A stretch of DNA of 47,504 nucleotides, taken from the NCBI GenBank assembly GCA_009602735.1, contig WELA01000963.1:340192-387695 (forward strand), read 5' to 3'. Source of the stretch: Mesotaenium endlicherianum (lineage: Eukaryota). A program made the translations under genes and the position numbers. A model generated the notes under the pieces. The model saw only the letters and a program-made list of their open reading frames with translations, was not told where the DNA came from and did not search any database. Shown in pieces: positions 1 through 12,758 of the stretch. The first letter of the stretch is position 1. Each line of letters begins with the position of its first letter.

Positions 1-325
1 TAGCAGCACCGCATCGGAGAGGAAGGATGTCTGCTCAGTGGACACTGCTTTGAGGCATCCCGCACTCCAACAGATTCAGGCAGACACTGAGAAAAGACAA
101 GGGAGTAAAAACGGCCCTGGCTGGCAGAATTGCCGCAATGCTCCCACTGACTGCCTTTGGCGACGGCCGTACTGGAGAGCATGAATATGCGCTGCCCTGC
201 CCTGCCCTGCCACTGTCACTCATGCGCGTCATCTCACGACCATACCAGCTAAAATGAGGAGTCGAGAGAACATGCCGCGGGGGCGAGGCAGGGCAGGGCA
301 AGGGCGAGAGTGTGGTACAACGTAC

Positions 326-1369
326 AACGCCTCTCTGCTGCGCGGCGGCGCGCATGCCAAAGTTGGCGAGGCGGGTGCACGGGTCGATCTCCATCTCCGG
401 CGCCTCCGTCAGCGAGACTCTGATGGTGTCGCCCAGCCCATCCTGCCGCGCGCTCAACAGGGACACCGAGGACAGCATATGCAGGAGAGCGTCAGCCGCC
501 GGACAAGTGTTCATACGACGCTCGTGGCAACAACCCGCATGCCATAGTCAACCGTGTGTGTGCGTGTGCGTGTGTGTGTGTGAGTGCGTGTGTGCGTGTG
601 CATTTGTGAGAGGGGGGGNCCAAAATAGAAAATAGAAGTACAGGATACGGCACGTGCAGTTGCAGCCGGAGAAGCAGACAGCCGTGGCTTCCTTTTGGTT
701 CTCAGGACATCTGGACATGACTTGCCAGTACCCACGTGACTGCGCCTTGGTAGACGAGACGACGCAGGCACCGCAACAGACGGCCCTCTATTATCCCCTG
801 CCTCCTCCTCCAGCAAAACAGTCAAACAAATACCGGGCCAGCAACTGCTGAAGGTCTTGCACCTCAGTGTTTGCCACCAAGTCAATCATCCTCCTCTCCT
901 CCGCCAAACCTCCCCCAGTCAGCAGCCAGCTGCTGACTCATTCACTAGGCACCCCCTGCATTCCGTGTTTCTCTGGCCTCCGGGTCCCCATCAAAATGCC
1001 ACTACTCTCGCCCCTCCACCCCCCGCAACCATATCATTGGGTAGGCTTCTGGGCCGTGTCATCGGAGCCCCAAGTGAAAGGGAGGGAGGAGGCGAGAGAG
1101 CTGACCTGGAGGAGGGCGCCAATGCCGATGGCGGACTTCATGCGGCCGTCCTCGCCGTCTCCGGCCTCCGTGACGCCCAGGTGCAGCGGGTAGTCCCAGC
1201 CCTGGTTGTACATCTCCGCGCTCAGCAGGCGGTACGCGGCCACCATCACCACGGGGTTGCTGGCCTTCATGGAGAACAGGAAGTTGTGGTAGTCCATCTT
1301 GCGGCAGATGCGCGCAAACTCAAACGCCGACTCCACCTGCGCGCGTCGCAGTCAGAGGAGGGGGAAAGG

Positions 1370-1431
<62 letters not shown>

Positions 1432-4400
1432 NNNNNNNNNNNNNNNNNNNNNNNNNNNNNNNNNNNNNNNNNNNNNNNNNNNNNNNNNNNNNNNNNNNNN
1501 NNNNNNNNNAGAGAGAGAGAGAGAGAGAGAGAGGGCGGGTGGGGGGGAGGGGGGAGGACGGCAGCATTTAGGGGAAGGCTTGAGGATCTCAAATCCTGGC
1601 CTGATATAGAGAGGGGGGGTGAGAGCCACAAGCCCTTTTCCACCAAGGCTCCAAGTTGGGCCGAGAGACACAGGGGCAAGAAGGAAGACAGGCATATGCT
1701 CAGGGACAGAAATTGAATGCTTTGACACTGTTGACTCTGGGATGTGAAAAGTGCTCTTTCGACGTGAGGCCGGGGCTAGAGCAGGTGAGGGAAGCAGCCG
1801 CGCTTCTGGCTTTGTGAATGCCGCCCGGCAGCCAGCAACCAGCAGCTGCTCTTCTCCAGTACGCTGCTCCCATAGCTTATTTGCATCATTCCCTCCCCCC
1901 CAATAAACAATTGCTACTGGAGCAGACCTGCTGCGGCTGCTGCTACCAACAGTGGTGAGGACGATGGAGCCAGGGTGGAGTGTGCACGTGTGGGGGTCTT
2001 AGACAAACTCAGGGGCTGTGTAGAGAAGACACTTGCGTTGCGTTGTCATTTTGCCAACCAGCTGTAGAACGTCCACCAAAATCACAAAGCTCTGCCTCTC
2101 CCTGAGGCCGAGACCCTTCCCTCCCAGAAAGGGAGAGGGAGCAACACTATGTTCCAGTGCTTAGCCAAGAGAGCCCCATGTCTGCGTCCCGGTCAGCAGT
2201 GTGGCTTATGAGACGGAGGCAGGCACCCCAGTCACAGCCCCGCCACTCTCACATTCGCTCTCACGGTCTCCTTCTCCAGCAACCTCTGCGCACATATAAG
2301 TCAGACCAGCACACAAAACTGCACACAATGGAAACGGCTCAGGTGCCCCCGCGTGTTGGGTCGCAAACGTGGCTCTACTTCCCCTGCTAGATAAGTACGA
2401 CTGCAGACTGCTAGTTTCTTCGGGGGGGCTGAGGCGCAGAGATGCGTCCTCCATGGAAGCCCTTGTAGTTTCATGCCTTGTCTTCCCAGTTCTGTTCTCC
2501 AAGCCAGCAGTGGACTAACTTGGTGCTATCAAGCAGTGGACGTGTCCAGATGGCCGCAGCTCTACCAAGCAGGGCCACAGCAGGTCAGAAAAAGGCTCCC
2601 TGAGCATTGCTACTCCACCAACTCTCATCCTGCCCAGACTGTGGAGCAAGCCCGCATGGGTCCTCTCAAATCCCACCACTGGCACTCCATAGACCTGTGC
2701 AACCGTTTTTTTGGGCCGTAGTGGCAGGCCCAGCGCCGGGAGCCGCTCTATCTCTCTTAGGCTTTGGCCCTGCACCCGCGGCCCGTCTACACCTGTCTCA
2801 CAACCCTACCAAACCTCCAATCTGGAGCTCCGGTGGGCAGGCAATTGGCAAACTCCTCGCCAGCGGACAGCCATAGGCAGCCACATCGGCTGCTTCGCGG
2901 TACTCTGCTTGCCTCTCTGCTCAACATCCACTACCCACTCTCCCAGCACTGGGCAAAGGCCGGCCACCCGGGGACCCAGAGGCAGTGAGGTGCAGCCGTA
3001 GTTAGCAAGCACAGGCACAGCGCTAGGGGTGCAGAGAAAGTGAAGGGCATCCATGCGCACTGGTCTGGCCTGCAGAGGAGCTCGGGCAACACTGCCCCCC
3101 GCTCACGCTCGCTGGGTGGACCCTTCTACTCCTGTACTCGCCCCCCGAAGCTGTCGGCTCAGCGGCAATATTGCATCCACGCACTACCTACCTACACCCC
3201 AGCATGAACAGGATGGCCTCCTCCGGCCCGCCACTGCAACCCCACCTCCACCCCCACCCCCAACCCAGCCACCGCCACCGCCACCGCCACCCCCTGTGCC
3301 TCGTGCCTCCCACCCGGCAGGCAAGAATGCCACCCCCTGGCAGCACCTGACTCCACTGCCTTCAGCCCTGCCGGGTCAGCTTCTGGGCCCCCAGGGCCAG
3401 GTTCAGGTCTCAAGGTTGCTCCCACAAAGCAAGCAGTCCCTAGCGAGCACGAGACTAGAGATGTACGCCCTGGCTGGCCAGCTCCCGTCCGCCAGGAGGG
3501 CCCTTTCCTCTGCATGCTCTCTCCCTGCAGGACTCCACGCCTATCATTCATGATCGCTGACAGCAGTGAGGTGCACCAGGCCGCCTGCTGCTTGGGAGTA
3601 CCATCAAGCTGCCGAGGATCCGGGTCATATGGGGGAGAGACGAGGGACGAGGGAGGAGGGACCGGGGAGAAGAGGGGGGGCGTGGAGAGGATGGGGGGTG
3701 CGCATGGGCAAGCGCACCATGCCTCTGGGCGAGTCGCCGTAGTAGCTCATGATGCGGTCGGAGAGGCTGCCGTGGTTGGTCCCGATGCGCATGGCCACGC
3801 CGTTCTTCTTGCACTTCTCCACCAGCGGCGAGAACACCTGCCCGCCCCGCGACGACGAGCGTCAGGACAAACAGAGGGAGAGGGGGGGGGCTGCAGCCAA
3901 CACGCCTTGACCTCTGCACCTTGCACCAATGACCAGCCAGACATTTATCCTGCAGAGAGAATCGGGTCAACTTCACTCTGGGTCTTCTGAGGGGGGAGGG
4001 AGAGGACTAGTTCTGCGTCTGAAAGTAGAGCCACGAACAGGATCGGACAGGACACAGGTCCTTACCTCCTAGCGCTACCCCCCTGTCACGATCAGACATA
4101 CTCGTTGCTAAGTAATCCCTGCCACTCCGTGACCCCTGCTCACACTGTAAAGCCCAATCCCACTGCAGCTCGAGACACTAGACTTCGGGGGCGAGAAAGG
4201 GGGACGAGGAAGGGGGGTACAAGCACTAAGAAATGCTTACGCTGGGAGTCAATCCCACAGCCTGCTGATGATGGCTCCTGTTCAGAGACGAGTGCAAACA
4301 AGGAGCAGCGAGACGCAAAGGGGTTTGGTGTGTATGCCCCGCGCGGGGTGGGGGGGTTTGGGTGAGAGAGGAAAGTGTAGTCGAGGGCTGACCTTCTCGA

Positions 4401-6697
4401 TGTGCTCCAGCTCCTCCTGGTACTCCTTCTCCGTGTAGTCCACGATCTCAAACTGCGCCCTCCTGTCGGCTGCAGCCGCCCACGTAGCATGCAGGCAGCC
4501 GGGACAGCATTGATAAGCGCAAGGCACACATCGGGAAAGAGGATAGCCCACAGCATCTCACACTCTTGCTTTACATAACCAGGGTCACTGCAACACCTGA
4601 CTCACAAAGTTATAGCCTCAAATCCGGCGCCTGCCTGGGTTATGACATATTACCCCGCACCTTAACCCCCCTCAGACTCAAAACTCCACATCTTTGCCCC
4701 CCTCCAACTTAATAGTCAAGGCTCCACTAATATGCCGCCTGTCTCGTGCTAGCAGGGGGCACAACATCAAACACACGGCAGTGAATCCAATTTAGCGAGT
4801 CTGGAGCATCTGCATACTCCAGTAATGAACACTGAGACTGCACAAGTGATTCATATTATAGTTATATATTTCTATATGGACACACACACTCACACGCACT
4901 CGCACACAAACATGCATATATGCGTAGATAGAGACGTGAGAGATGGGCAGCCAGGGCCACCACATGGTACATGCTGGCATGGCCGACTAACCAAAGTTGC
5001 CGGGGTTGATGCGGATCTTGTCGAAGCAATCAGCCACACGCATGGCTATGGTGGGGGCAAAGTGGATATCAGCGACCAGCGGGATGTTATATCTGCAACC
5101 CCAACAGCGCCCAGTCGAGGAACCAATGAGCAGAGCCTGCATGGGCCACCTCCAACAGCCTCGCTAGCATCACCTAGCATGTTCGACCTGCAGTTAGCTG
5201 CTACACTTTGTCTGATTTCACGTCATTCCACGAGTAGCCCGCGTCGAAACCTGCAAGTGACTGAAGATAGAAATAGGACCTGTCCACCCATGGCTTACTA
5301 AAAATGGCAGGCACATATGTAATACATGCACACATGAAACACAGCACATACGCAACATTGCTGCGGAAGCCGAGCCCCAGCTGCGCCCTAGTCAACAGGC
5401 CTACCCACCCAGCCTTGACGAGGTTGTTCTTGATATCGAAGCAGGCATCAGCCTCCCTCTTGCCCTGAACTGTGATCCTGCAGATCTCGGCACCGGCATC
5501 CGCAATGCTCATGACCTGCCAGGAGGAGGAAGAGGAGGCAGAGGAGGCAAGGGTAAATCTTTCAAAGATAATAGTTGTACTTCTTCGCGCTGAAAACTTC
5601 CACTGCCATTGAACAAAGCTACTCGAGGGAGGATGAGCAACAGAGAAGCAGATCAGCTTCTTCAGGGCACGCCCGCTAAAATTTCGCCAGTACTCTGGGC
5701 AGTGCTTCAGTGACAGGGCTCTACATCTGCAAGGGGAGAGCTGAAGATGTGCAGTCATATCAAAAATTTCACAAGTTATAGACAGCCAGTTCTAAATTTT
5801 TGAGCCGCAAACTACGCCCATCCAGATCAGAAGTTGGAATTGAGAAACTTCGTATCATTACGCCACGGCTAAAGCTCCACCGTTTCTCATTCCCACGTGG
5901 TCGCCTTTCCCTCTCTTCAAGCTAGCACTTCAGGTACTTATACTGGGTGCAGCTGAAAAGTACCAGCTCCCTTTCCCATCTGTTCTATTCTGCAGTCTGA
6001 ATATGGCCTAGAGAAGCAGAGGTAGCAACCTACGCCTTGCCCCCGTGCTTGATAGGAGAGTCAAAAGCAGGAAGAGGTCCCTCACCTGGTTGACCGTGGC
6101 AACAACATCCTGTGTGGATGTTGTCGTCATTGTTTGTACCCTGATAGGATGATCACTTCCTACTGCCACGTCCCCTATCATGATTGTTCTCGTCTTCCGC
6201 CTCACAGTCTTATAGATGTAGTCTGAGTACTTCAGTCTAGGTACTGCCAACATAAAAAGAGATATCATCAGGTACAAGTGAAAAACCCATGAATTTCTAA
6301 GAGAACGTCACATAGGTTCCTCAGAGACGTCACAAAATGAGTGCAAAGTAGGGCTGCCATACATATGTTCAAACACAATTGTACGGCTTCATTATGGCTC
6401 TTACTACCGAATAAGATATTTCAGAATCACAAATTACAAAAGACCGGTAAGAACAAGACGATTTCTTTTACCAAGAAGAGTACTTCCTGCGGTCTTCTGC
6501 TGGACATCGAGCACGCTTTCTGCATAGCCACTCCTTTTTGCCCCAAGTCTTGCTACTCTGCTTTTTGGCATGGCTAGACATCTCGTAGATGTCTCGCTGA
6601 GACATCCCGGTAGTGTATCTGCGCGTCTGAGCTGTGAGTAAGTGGTTGACAACAAGCCATCCGTAAAGACTCGTGACACCACGTCGGCAGCCTGCAT
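326..6697 (-). CDS. ispG: 4-hydroxy-3-methylbut-2-enyl diphosphate synthase (HDS/GcpE), plastid-targeted; 5' portion, gene continues off the left edge
   Basis: Eight GT-AG exons that splice in phase: 6697-6472, 6243-6086, 5515-5409, 5092-4992, 4469-4393, 3837-3718, 1336-1106, 442-326. The joined peptide includes [121 protein letters not shown] and [13 protein letters not shown], all plant IspG motifs. The start ATG at 6697 (transit-peptide-like exon) is less certain. Confidence 0.96.
554..600. repeat. (TG)n-like microsatellite in ispG intron
   Basis: Imperfect gtgtgtgtgcgtgtgcgtgtgtgtgtgtgagtgcgtgtgtgcgtgtg run. Confidence 0.85.
1372..1533. repeat. (AG)n microsatellite spanning an assembly gap
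   Basis: Pure AG repeat on both sides of an N run. Reads (CT)n on the ispG sense strand, about 35 nt upstream of the acceptor at 1337. Confidence 0.95.
2400..3200 (+). mobile_element. Possible degenerate 3' fragment of an L1/Tx1-like LINE ORF2 in ispG intron 6
   Basis: Frameshifted translation [38 protein letters not shown] resembles the Cys-rich C-terminal region of L1/Tx1 ORF2. No RT motif, poly(A) or TSD is visible. Confidence 0.4.
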
Positions 6698-7144
6698 CTT
6701 CACCTCAAATGCACTCAGCCAAGTAGTGATGGAGTGATCGCTTAATTCTTCAGGCAAAGACGTGCTTCTCTTCTGTGACTGGAAACAAGAGAAATAAAAT
6801 GCTGTAAGTTCAATGGGAACTAGAACAGGAAGGTAACTAGACTCTAAAAAAGTGCACGAAGGACGGCACCACTTTGATTGTGCCCTGTGGTTCCCACGGC
6901 CCGGCTTCTCTTGCTTGCATGTCGCGAACTTTAAGTACTTTGATGTGGTACGAAAAGAGGCACAGCTCAATAAGTATATCCCTGAAATGTTGTGCAGACA
7001 TCATCTTATTGGCTGTTGTAGCTCGATTGATCTATTACGACACGTTGTTTTATCGAACCACCGACACAACTGGTCACAACTGAACTGCTGCCGAATCCAA
7101 GTGATGTAATAATTTGTCCTCATTTTGGAATATTTTGTGCACCT

Positions 7145-8412
7145 ATTTCAGAATTTTGAAAATGCTGCAGAATCTTTATGAGTAAATTTTGTTAACTTTA
7201 CATATGTAGATATATATAGGTGTAGGATGTATTATGCGACATATATAAATCTGCTTATATGGTTTATTTGAGAAGATAGAGAGATACATAGAATTTGGCT
7301 TTATTAGAATAAAAGTGATAGAACGAGAAATGAGTGCTAGGGAATAGGAAGTCTGAGAGAAAAAAAGGGGGGTAGAGAGCTACAATGGCTACCGTACTAG
7401 CTTATTTTTTCTTTGTACTCTCTACCTTATTCTATATGTACTGATTGTGTTACTAATTATACCTTCATCTTTCTCCTATGCAATATGCAACCTGCAATAC
7501 TGGCTGCTGCTTGGGGTCATTGACTAACTTGAGCTGCTGCTAGCTTATCCGGGCACCTAAAACTTCATAAGTTGTCTATGCATTTTTTACAAATTCAGTG
7601 CTATGATTGTAATAGCTCCTTCACAACTATGCCTCAAGCTCTTCTTGGCTTCAAGAATGATTGCTAATTGTGTGGATTATATGCTTCATCTCTGTGTCTT
7701 GCAAATGAATACACTGCTACTCTGCTGTTAAATCTGTATAACAGAAATTCTTAGGGGCAGCACTGCTGCCTTATTGTCTCTTGCATCACTGCTGCTGCAT
7801 TCTCTCTGGGCAGCACTGCTGCTTCACTTCTCAGGACAGCACTGCTGCCCAACCATGCTGCTCATATTCATCATGTGTTTGTTAGTAGAGGTTAGTGATG
7901 TAGGTGTGAATGTGTGAGATTGTGTGTGTTGTGCATTCAGATGTACTAGTGTATATGTTTTGCAGTGTGTGCATATGCTGTGTGTTATTTGTGGGTGGGT
8001 GGGTGGGATTCTAAAGCACTCAAGTCTGCTGAATAGCACTTGCATGTGGTTAGCGTGCAAGTGCTTGCATATATAGGTGTGGAGAAAGAGCACACAAGCT
8101 CTCTTCCGTGGAGGATGAAATGGAAAAAGAGAGAGTTCTAGGTATGGCGGGCATAATATGCCCGCCTCTCTCTCATCTCGATTCTGTATGCATTTTCAAA
8201 CCTGAATTTAATTACAAACTAAATTCACATTTTGAAAGTGTTGCAAAATCTTCATGAGTAAATTTTATTGATTATATATATGTAGATACATACAGGTGTA
8301 AAATGTATTATGATATAGTTATATATAGGTCTGCTCATATGGTTTACTTGAGAAGATAGAAAGATATATAGAATCTGGCTTTATTGAAATAAAAGTGATA
8401 GAATGAGAAATG
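7145..8412. repeat. ~190-bp diverged direct repeat pair (7145-7332 and 8222-8412)
   Basis: Both copies share ATTTTGAAA..TGCA.AATCTT.ATGAGTAAATTTT..TATGTAGATA..ATGGTTTA.TTGAGAAGATAGA.AGATA.ATAGAAT.TGGCTTTATT..AATAAAAGTGATAGAA.GAGAAATG. They lie downstream of the recombinase, as expected for B1/B2 split direct repeats. Confidence 0.85.
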
Positions 8413-8749
8413 CAGAAAGGCATATATGGTTATGGGGTAGGTAGGGTAGGAAAGGGGTGGTAGGGAAGTAATGGGCATAGAGGAGAAGGAGGGAGGGCAG
8501 GCACAAGTGGGCAAGCACGGGTCAAGTAGAGTGGGGGCACAAAGGGGCAACGGGGCACATACAGCTACTTACAAAATATGATGCCTTACAGATATAACTC
8601 TGAGGGTGCTGTGTACTGCAGTCTTTATTGGTCTTATCTGTTAGTTGTCATTTTTCTTTTAAAAGCTTGAGCAATCTGCAGTTGTGAATAAGCTGATGTA
8701 TCTGGTGTATCAAGAATATCTATGCTGTCTGCTGCAGCTAGCATAGAAG

Positions 8750-9706
8750 CATTCAAGTCTACAATGTATGCTAGCTTAGCTCAATCTGACTTTCATCTAC
8801 CCAATTCATTTAGAAGTCTGCCAGGCACCCCCAGATTAGCTGCAGCAGTAGCAGCTCCCTTTCTCAATGAGTGTGTCCCCATCTCTTTTACCTCTAGTCC
8901 CACATGTGCAAAGCATTCTAAACACCATCTTCTAACCACATGGTAAGATGGTACTGTTCCAGCCAGCTCACCTCTTGTGTTGACTTCCTGGATGATGGAG
9001 TCTTCGAGCTGGTATCTTGGAGCTTCAGCCATGAGTCTGCTGAAGAGGATGACTGGGGACCTCTTGCTCTTGGTGTGGAAGATGGGCACCCATGTGCCCT
9101 TCTTGTGCTGGTCATTTTTGGCCTTTCCAACCACAGCCATATCAGCCTTATTCCTTCCACTTCCTCCATTGGTTTAACCTTTATCTTCAGCTGAACTAAC
9201 ACAGAGAACCTCAAGAAGCCATAATACATCAATACCAAAGTGACTACCTTCATGAGGTCAGCCAGGGGTGCTCCATCCCTTGTATACGACATTAGCATCT
9301 AAGCCATCTTTGGAGGAGCTATAGGCATCTTAGTTTTCTTTGGTTTTTCCAAATTTCTCCTAGCCGTCTCCCTAATCATTTGCATCTCCCTCCCTGCCAA
9401 TGAATTGGGCTGTTTGACAAGCCTATGAACAGTGCCTATGGCTGCTGAGGTAAGGTTGAATACAGATTAGGTGACTCCTGAGTAAAGTACATGGATCATG
9501 TACATGGTGGTCACCTTCTCAAAGGCAGGCAAACTTTTCAAGCCTTTTGCCTGGCACCATATCTTGAACTTCCTCCAATAAGGGTTGTATGTCTTAAGTG
9601 TCCCCTGACTTACATACCCAAAAAAGACTTCTATTCTCTTATGCTGCAGCATCTTTAGTTTGAGATCCCTGTTTATTATTTCATCTGCAGCCCTCCCCCA
9701 GCCCAA
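8750..9706 (-). pseudogene. Tyrosine recombinase of the DIRS/PAT-like element (disrupted)
   Basis: ORF pieces 9467-9706, 8918-9298 and 8793-9140 carry R..HxxR..(W)..Y catalytic-type motifs and are broken by stops and frameshifts. Confidence 0.85.
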
Positions 9707-10257
9707 TCCAGTGCACTATTCTTGATGCTAGCATTTCACACCAAAAAAAATTCCCTTCTTTGAAAATGCCTTTTCATCAGAGCCTGGTTGTAAACACAAG
9801 GTGCTGTGTCCCAAGCTTATCCATTTTTTTACCCGAGGCATCCATTGCCTTGCTTAGGGCTGGAGGCGAGGCCACCAGCTGGCAGACTCCCATCTTGGTA
9901 CTACTAAGGTACAATTTGCTGTGCTCTTCTGAGTATGCAGCACAACAGCCCATGCCATCTGAGGGGGGGGGGAAGCAATAATTATATTCAACTCTCCACT
10001 TTGTGCAAAGGCATCAGTTCCCACAGCCTCCTTGTAATGGAATCTTCCAATAATTTTGGGCACCTTCCTGTTCTCTGGTGATGCAAATTTATCTAGAGAG
10101 TGGGGTCTCCATCTATCTTCTAGCATCTAAAAACCTTCTTTTTTGAGTGAAAAATCATCAGTTTCTACTATCTTAAATAAGTAATCAGCTTCCTGATTTC
10201 TCTCTCTTGGAAGCCACTCAATCATGATTCCCATCTGCAACTGCCTGGCTAGATTGA

Positions 10258-11174
10258 TGTAACGTTTTTGCTTTTCAAGAGGATCTTACCTTGCTATTCA
10301 AGGAATATTTAAATGAAGTGGAAAGAAAATTTATATACTTGTGCAAATTGACAAATCCTCGAGAAAGCGAAAATGAAAACTAACGTAGAATGTGTGCTTG
10401 TGAGAGTTGCACTCACAATGACTCTGCAGGTATTTATACTTGCACGACGTGAGGCACTGGAGTGCTTCGAGTCACCACCTAGGGCACTGGTTCATGTCAA
10501 CAAAAACAGGCGAAGGGGTACGACCCATTTTGGCTGAATGCTCGAAACGCGCCGTTTGGCCGTTTGGAGACCTTTCGACGGTTTTCAAAAAACCGTTTCG
10601 CGCCAAACGGGCGTTTTCGCGTCCTCGCGACTTTTCGAAAAGTCGCGACTGTTTGCGGAGTCGCGTACAAATGCTCTTCGTCATGAACCGGTAGTTATAA
10701 AAACTACTTCGCCAATCGGTTAGGTGTGAACGTTTCTAACGACAGGTCGCGGGTTCGAATCTGCTCGGATGCAAAGTCGCTTTGCATATTATGTGTCATT
10801 TGACTTTTACGACTGTTTGTTCGTATTAACGACTGGCCGTAAATCAAAAATCTGTGACTGTGCATTATCCGAAATAATGACAATCAAAATAACTTAATCA
10901 AACAATGACTAATTAAGTTATCGTCTCAAAATTAGTCAAAGTAACTTTATGAATAATTATGTCGTACTTTTGCGAAGTAGTCGAATTATGTTACGACGCT
11001 TTTTGCAATAGTATCTCGGTCGTTTCGCCAATCGACCGGGAATTGGCACACGCGTGTGGCGAACAATTCAATGTGATGCGATCATTTATCAAATAATGTA
11101 TGATAAATAACATAACGTATTTTAGGTAATCGGGAAAACGTCCCAAATACGCCTAAAAAGCTCAGACTGTTACA
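10258..11174 (-). repeat. 3' LTR of element A (917 bp)
   Basis: Starts TGTAAC and ends GTTACA. Its first ~665 bp closely match 17611-18278. Abuts the polypurine tract. Confidence 0.93.
10709..10773 (+). other. tRNA-like segment (A-box/B-box) inside the LTR of element A; second copy 18062-18126
   Basis: TCGCCAATCGG (A-box-like) lies 43 nt before GGTTCGAATCT (B-box-like), with a TTTCTAA anticodon-loop-like heptamer and a CGGATGCA end. Stems are imperfect, so it is not called as a tRNA gene. Confidence 0.45.
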
Positions 11175-12758
11175 CTCCTCCCCCCTTAAAAGAATTCAAC
11201 GTCCTCGTTAAGCGTACGTCTTTTAAGTCCGAATGTGTCAATACTAGCCGTGACTACCGGAAAACACTGGTGAGCGATTGGACTATGCATCATCACAGTG
11301 ACGGAAAAGAGCGATTATTTGGCCGCGTCTCTTTTGCGTTTGTTCCATGGCTTACAAAGAGCGCTTGGTAGCACACTTGCCTCGGCGCAGAGCTTCTAAG
11401 CAGAAGCCCATCGTAACCAATACAATTTTTACAATTAAGTAGGATTTTGTCCTGAGGTTTGTACGAGTTCCAACTGGAATTGTAATCAAGCCATTTGATC
11501 AAAAGTTCCACGCATGGAGGCTTATGACGAGTCTAGCGGCGTCCTGAGACCTCCTCTATATCCCAGGCCTTATCATCATCGGCGAGTTTCAATTCCGGTG
11601 CTTGCGGCTGATAGCGGCCATTGGACCTAAACATCTCTAGTAAACTGACATGGAACACAGGATGCGTTCGCCCCATGGATTTAGGCAAATCCAGTTGGTA
11701 TGCAACGGGTCCAACCTTTGCGATGACGATAAAAGGGCCTACCCAGCGAGGCAGAAGCTTGCGCTTTCCTGGGTGCTTGAGGTGGAAGTTTTTAGTTTGC
11801 AAGAGTACTTTATTGCCAACTTGAAAACTTAACTTAGTCCTGTGTGTGTCAGCAAACGTTTTCTGTCGATCTCGAGCAGCGACTAAAGCCAACTTCGCGT
11901 TTTTGTGCACCTCTTAAAGAGAATGGACAAATAGGCGTGCACTTGGCACTCTCATGGTTGACATCCCCGCCTCACCGAATACCGTACGCGTGAGAGGAGT
12001 GTGCGGATGTTTCCCATAGTTAAGAAAGAACGGTGTTTCCTAAGAACTTTCCTAATAAGCATTATTTCCAGCGAACTCTGCAATTGAAAGAAGGGTGTCC
12101 CAGTTATCTTGGCGAGGATTCACATAATGCCTAAGGAACTGTTGCTGAACGCGGTTCAGTCGTTCTATCTGACCATCGGTCTGAGGATGGAAGCTAGTGG
12201 ACATCTTAAGCTTCGTGTCGAAATGCGAGAAAACTTCCTGCCAGAAGTGGCTCGTAAATCTACTGTCACGGTCACTTATGATTTCTTTGGGCATGCCATG
12301 CAACTTGAACACATGATCCACGAAGAGACGCGCGGTCTCGACGGCATCAAGCGATGGTTTAGTGGCCACAAAGTGCACCATCTTAGTGAAACGATCCACG
12401 ATCGTTAACACCCCATTGTGTCCTCTATCGGTGGTAGGCAATTCCACGACAAAGTCGAGGCTTATGCTTTCCCAAGGAGCACATGCAAGTTCCAATGGTT
12501 GCAACTTCCCAGCCGGTAACGTATTGCTCGGCTTATTCCTCTGACATGTTGCGCAGTCGATGATGTACTCGGCAACATCAACCTTGAGGGACGGTCAAAT
12601 GTACCCTCGGCGCAAAGCGTGTGTGGTTTTGGTAATTCCATGGTGACCAGAGTAAGGAGAGTCATGCGCTTCGCGTAGTAGCACATGTCTTATTCGGCCT
12701 TCTGGGACAACAATGCGGCCATTGTGCCACCAAAAACCGTCCTCAAATGAATAGCTTG

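Larger units (their letters stand above)
7105..10257 (-). mobile_element. Truncated tyrosine-recombinase retrotransposon (DIRS order, PAT-like): 3' end of RNase H, Dam-like methyltransferase, tyrosine recombinase, split direct repeats
   Basis: Minus-strand EWLPRERNQEADYL (DIRS-type RNase H end, ~10180-10230); DKFASPENRK..DAFAQ..SPPPQ..LVVPRWESASWW (MT domain, 9854-10126); recombinase motifs YGFLRFS, THSLRKGAAT, GR*, LAY (8750-9706). Multiple stops and frameshifts. Cut at 10258 by an LTR. The left boundary is approximate. Confidence 0.85.

Noticed and set aside
857..1728. ORFs with ERERER/LSLSLS runs (also 34889-35529)
   Set aside because: Translations of AG microsatellites and N gaps, not proteins.
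7755..7850. Three copies of CAGCACTGCTGC with spacers, superficially CRISPR-like
   Set aside because: Repeats are too short, spacing is irregular, no cas genes are present and the context is a eukaryotic TE.
10709..10773. Functional tRNA-Arg(UCU) gene
   Set aside because: Acceptor, anticodon and T stems do not pair properly, and the second copy has a different anticodon-position sequence. Kept only as a tRNA-like module.
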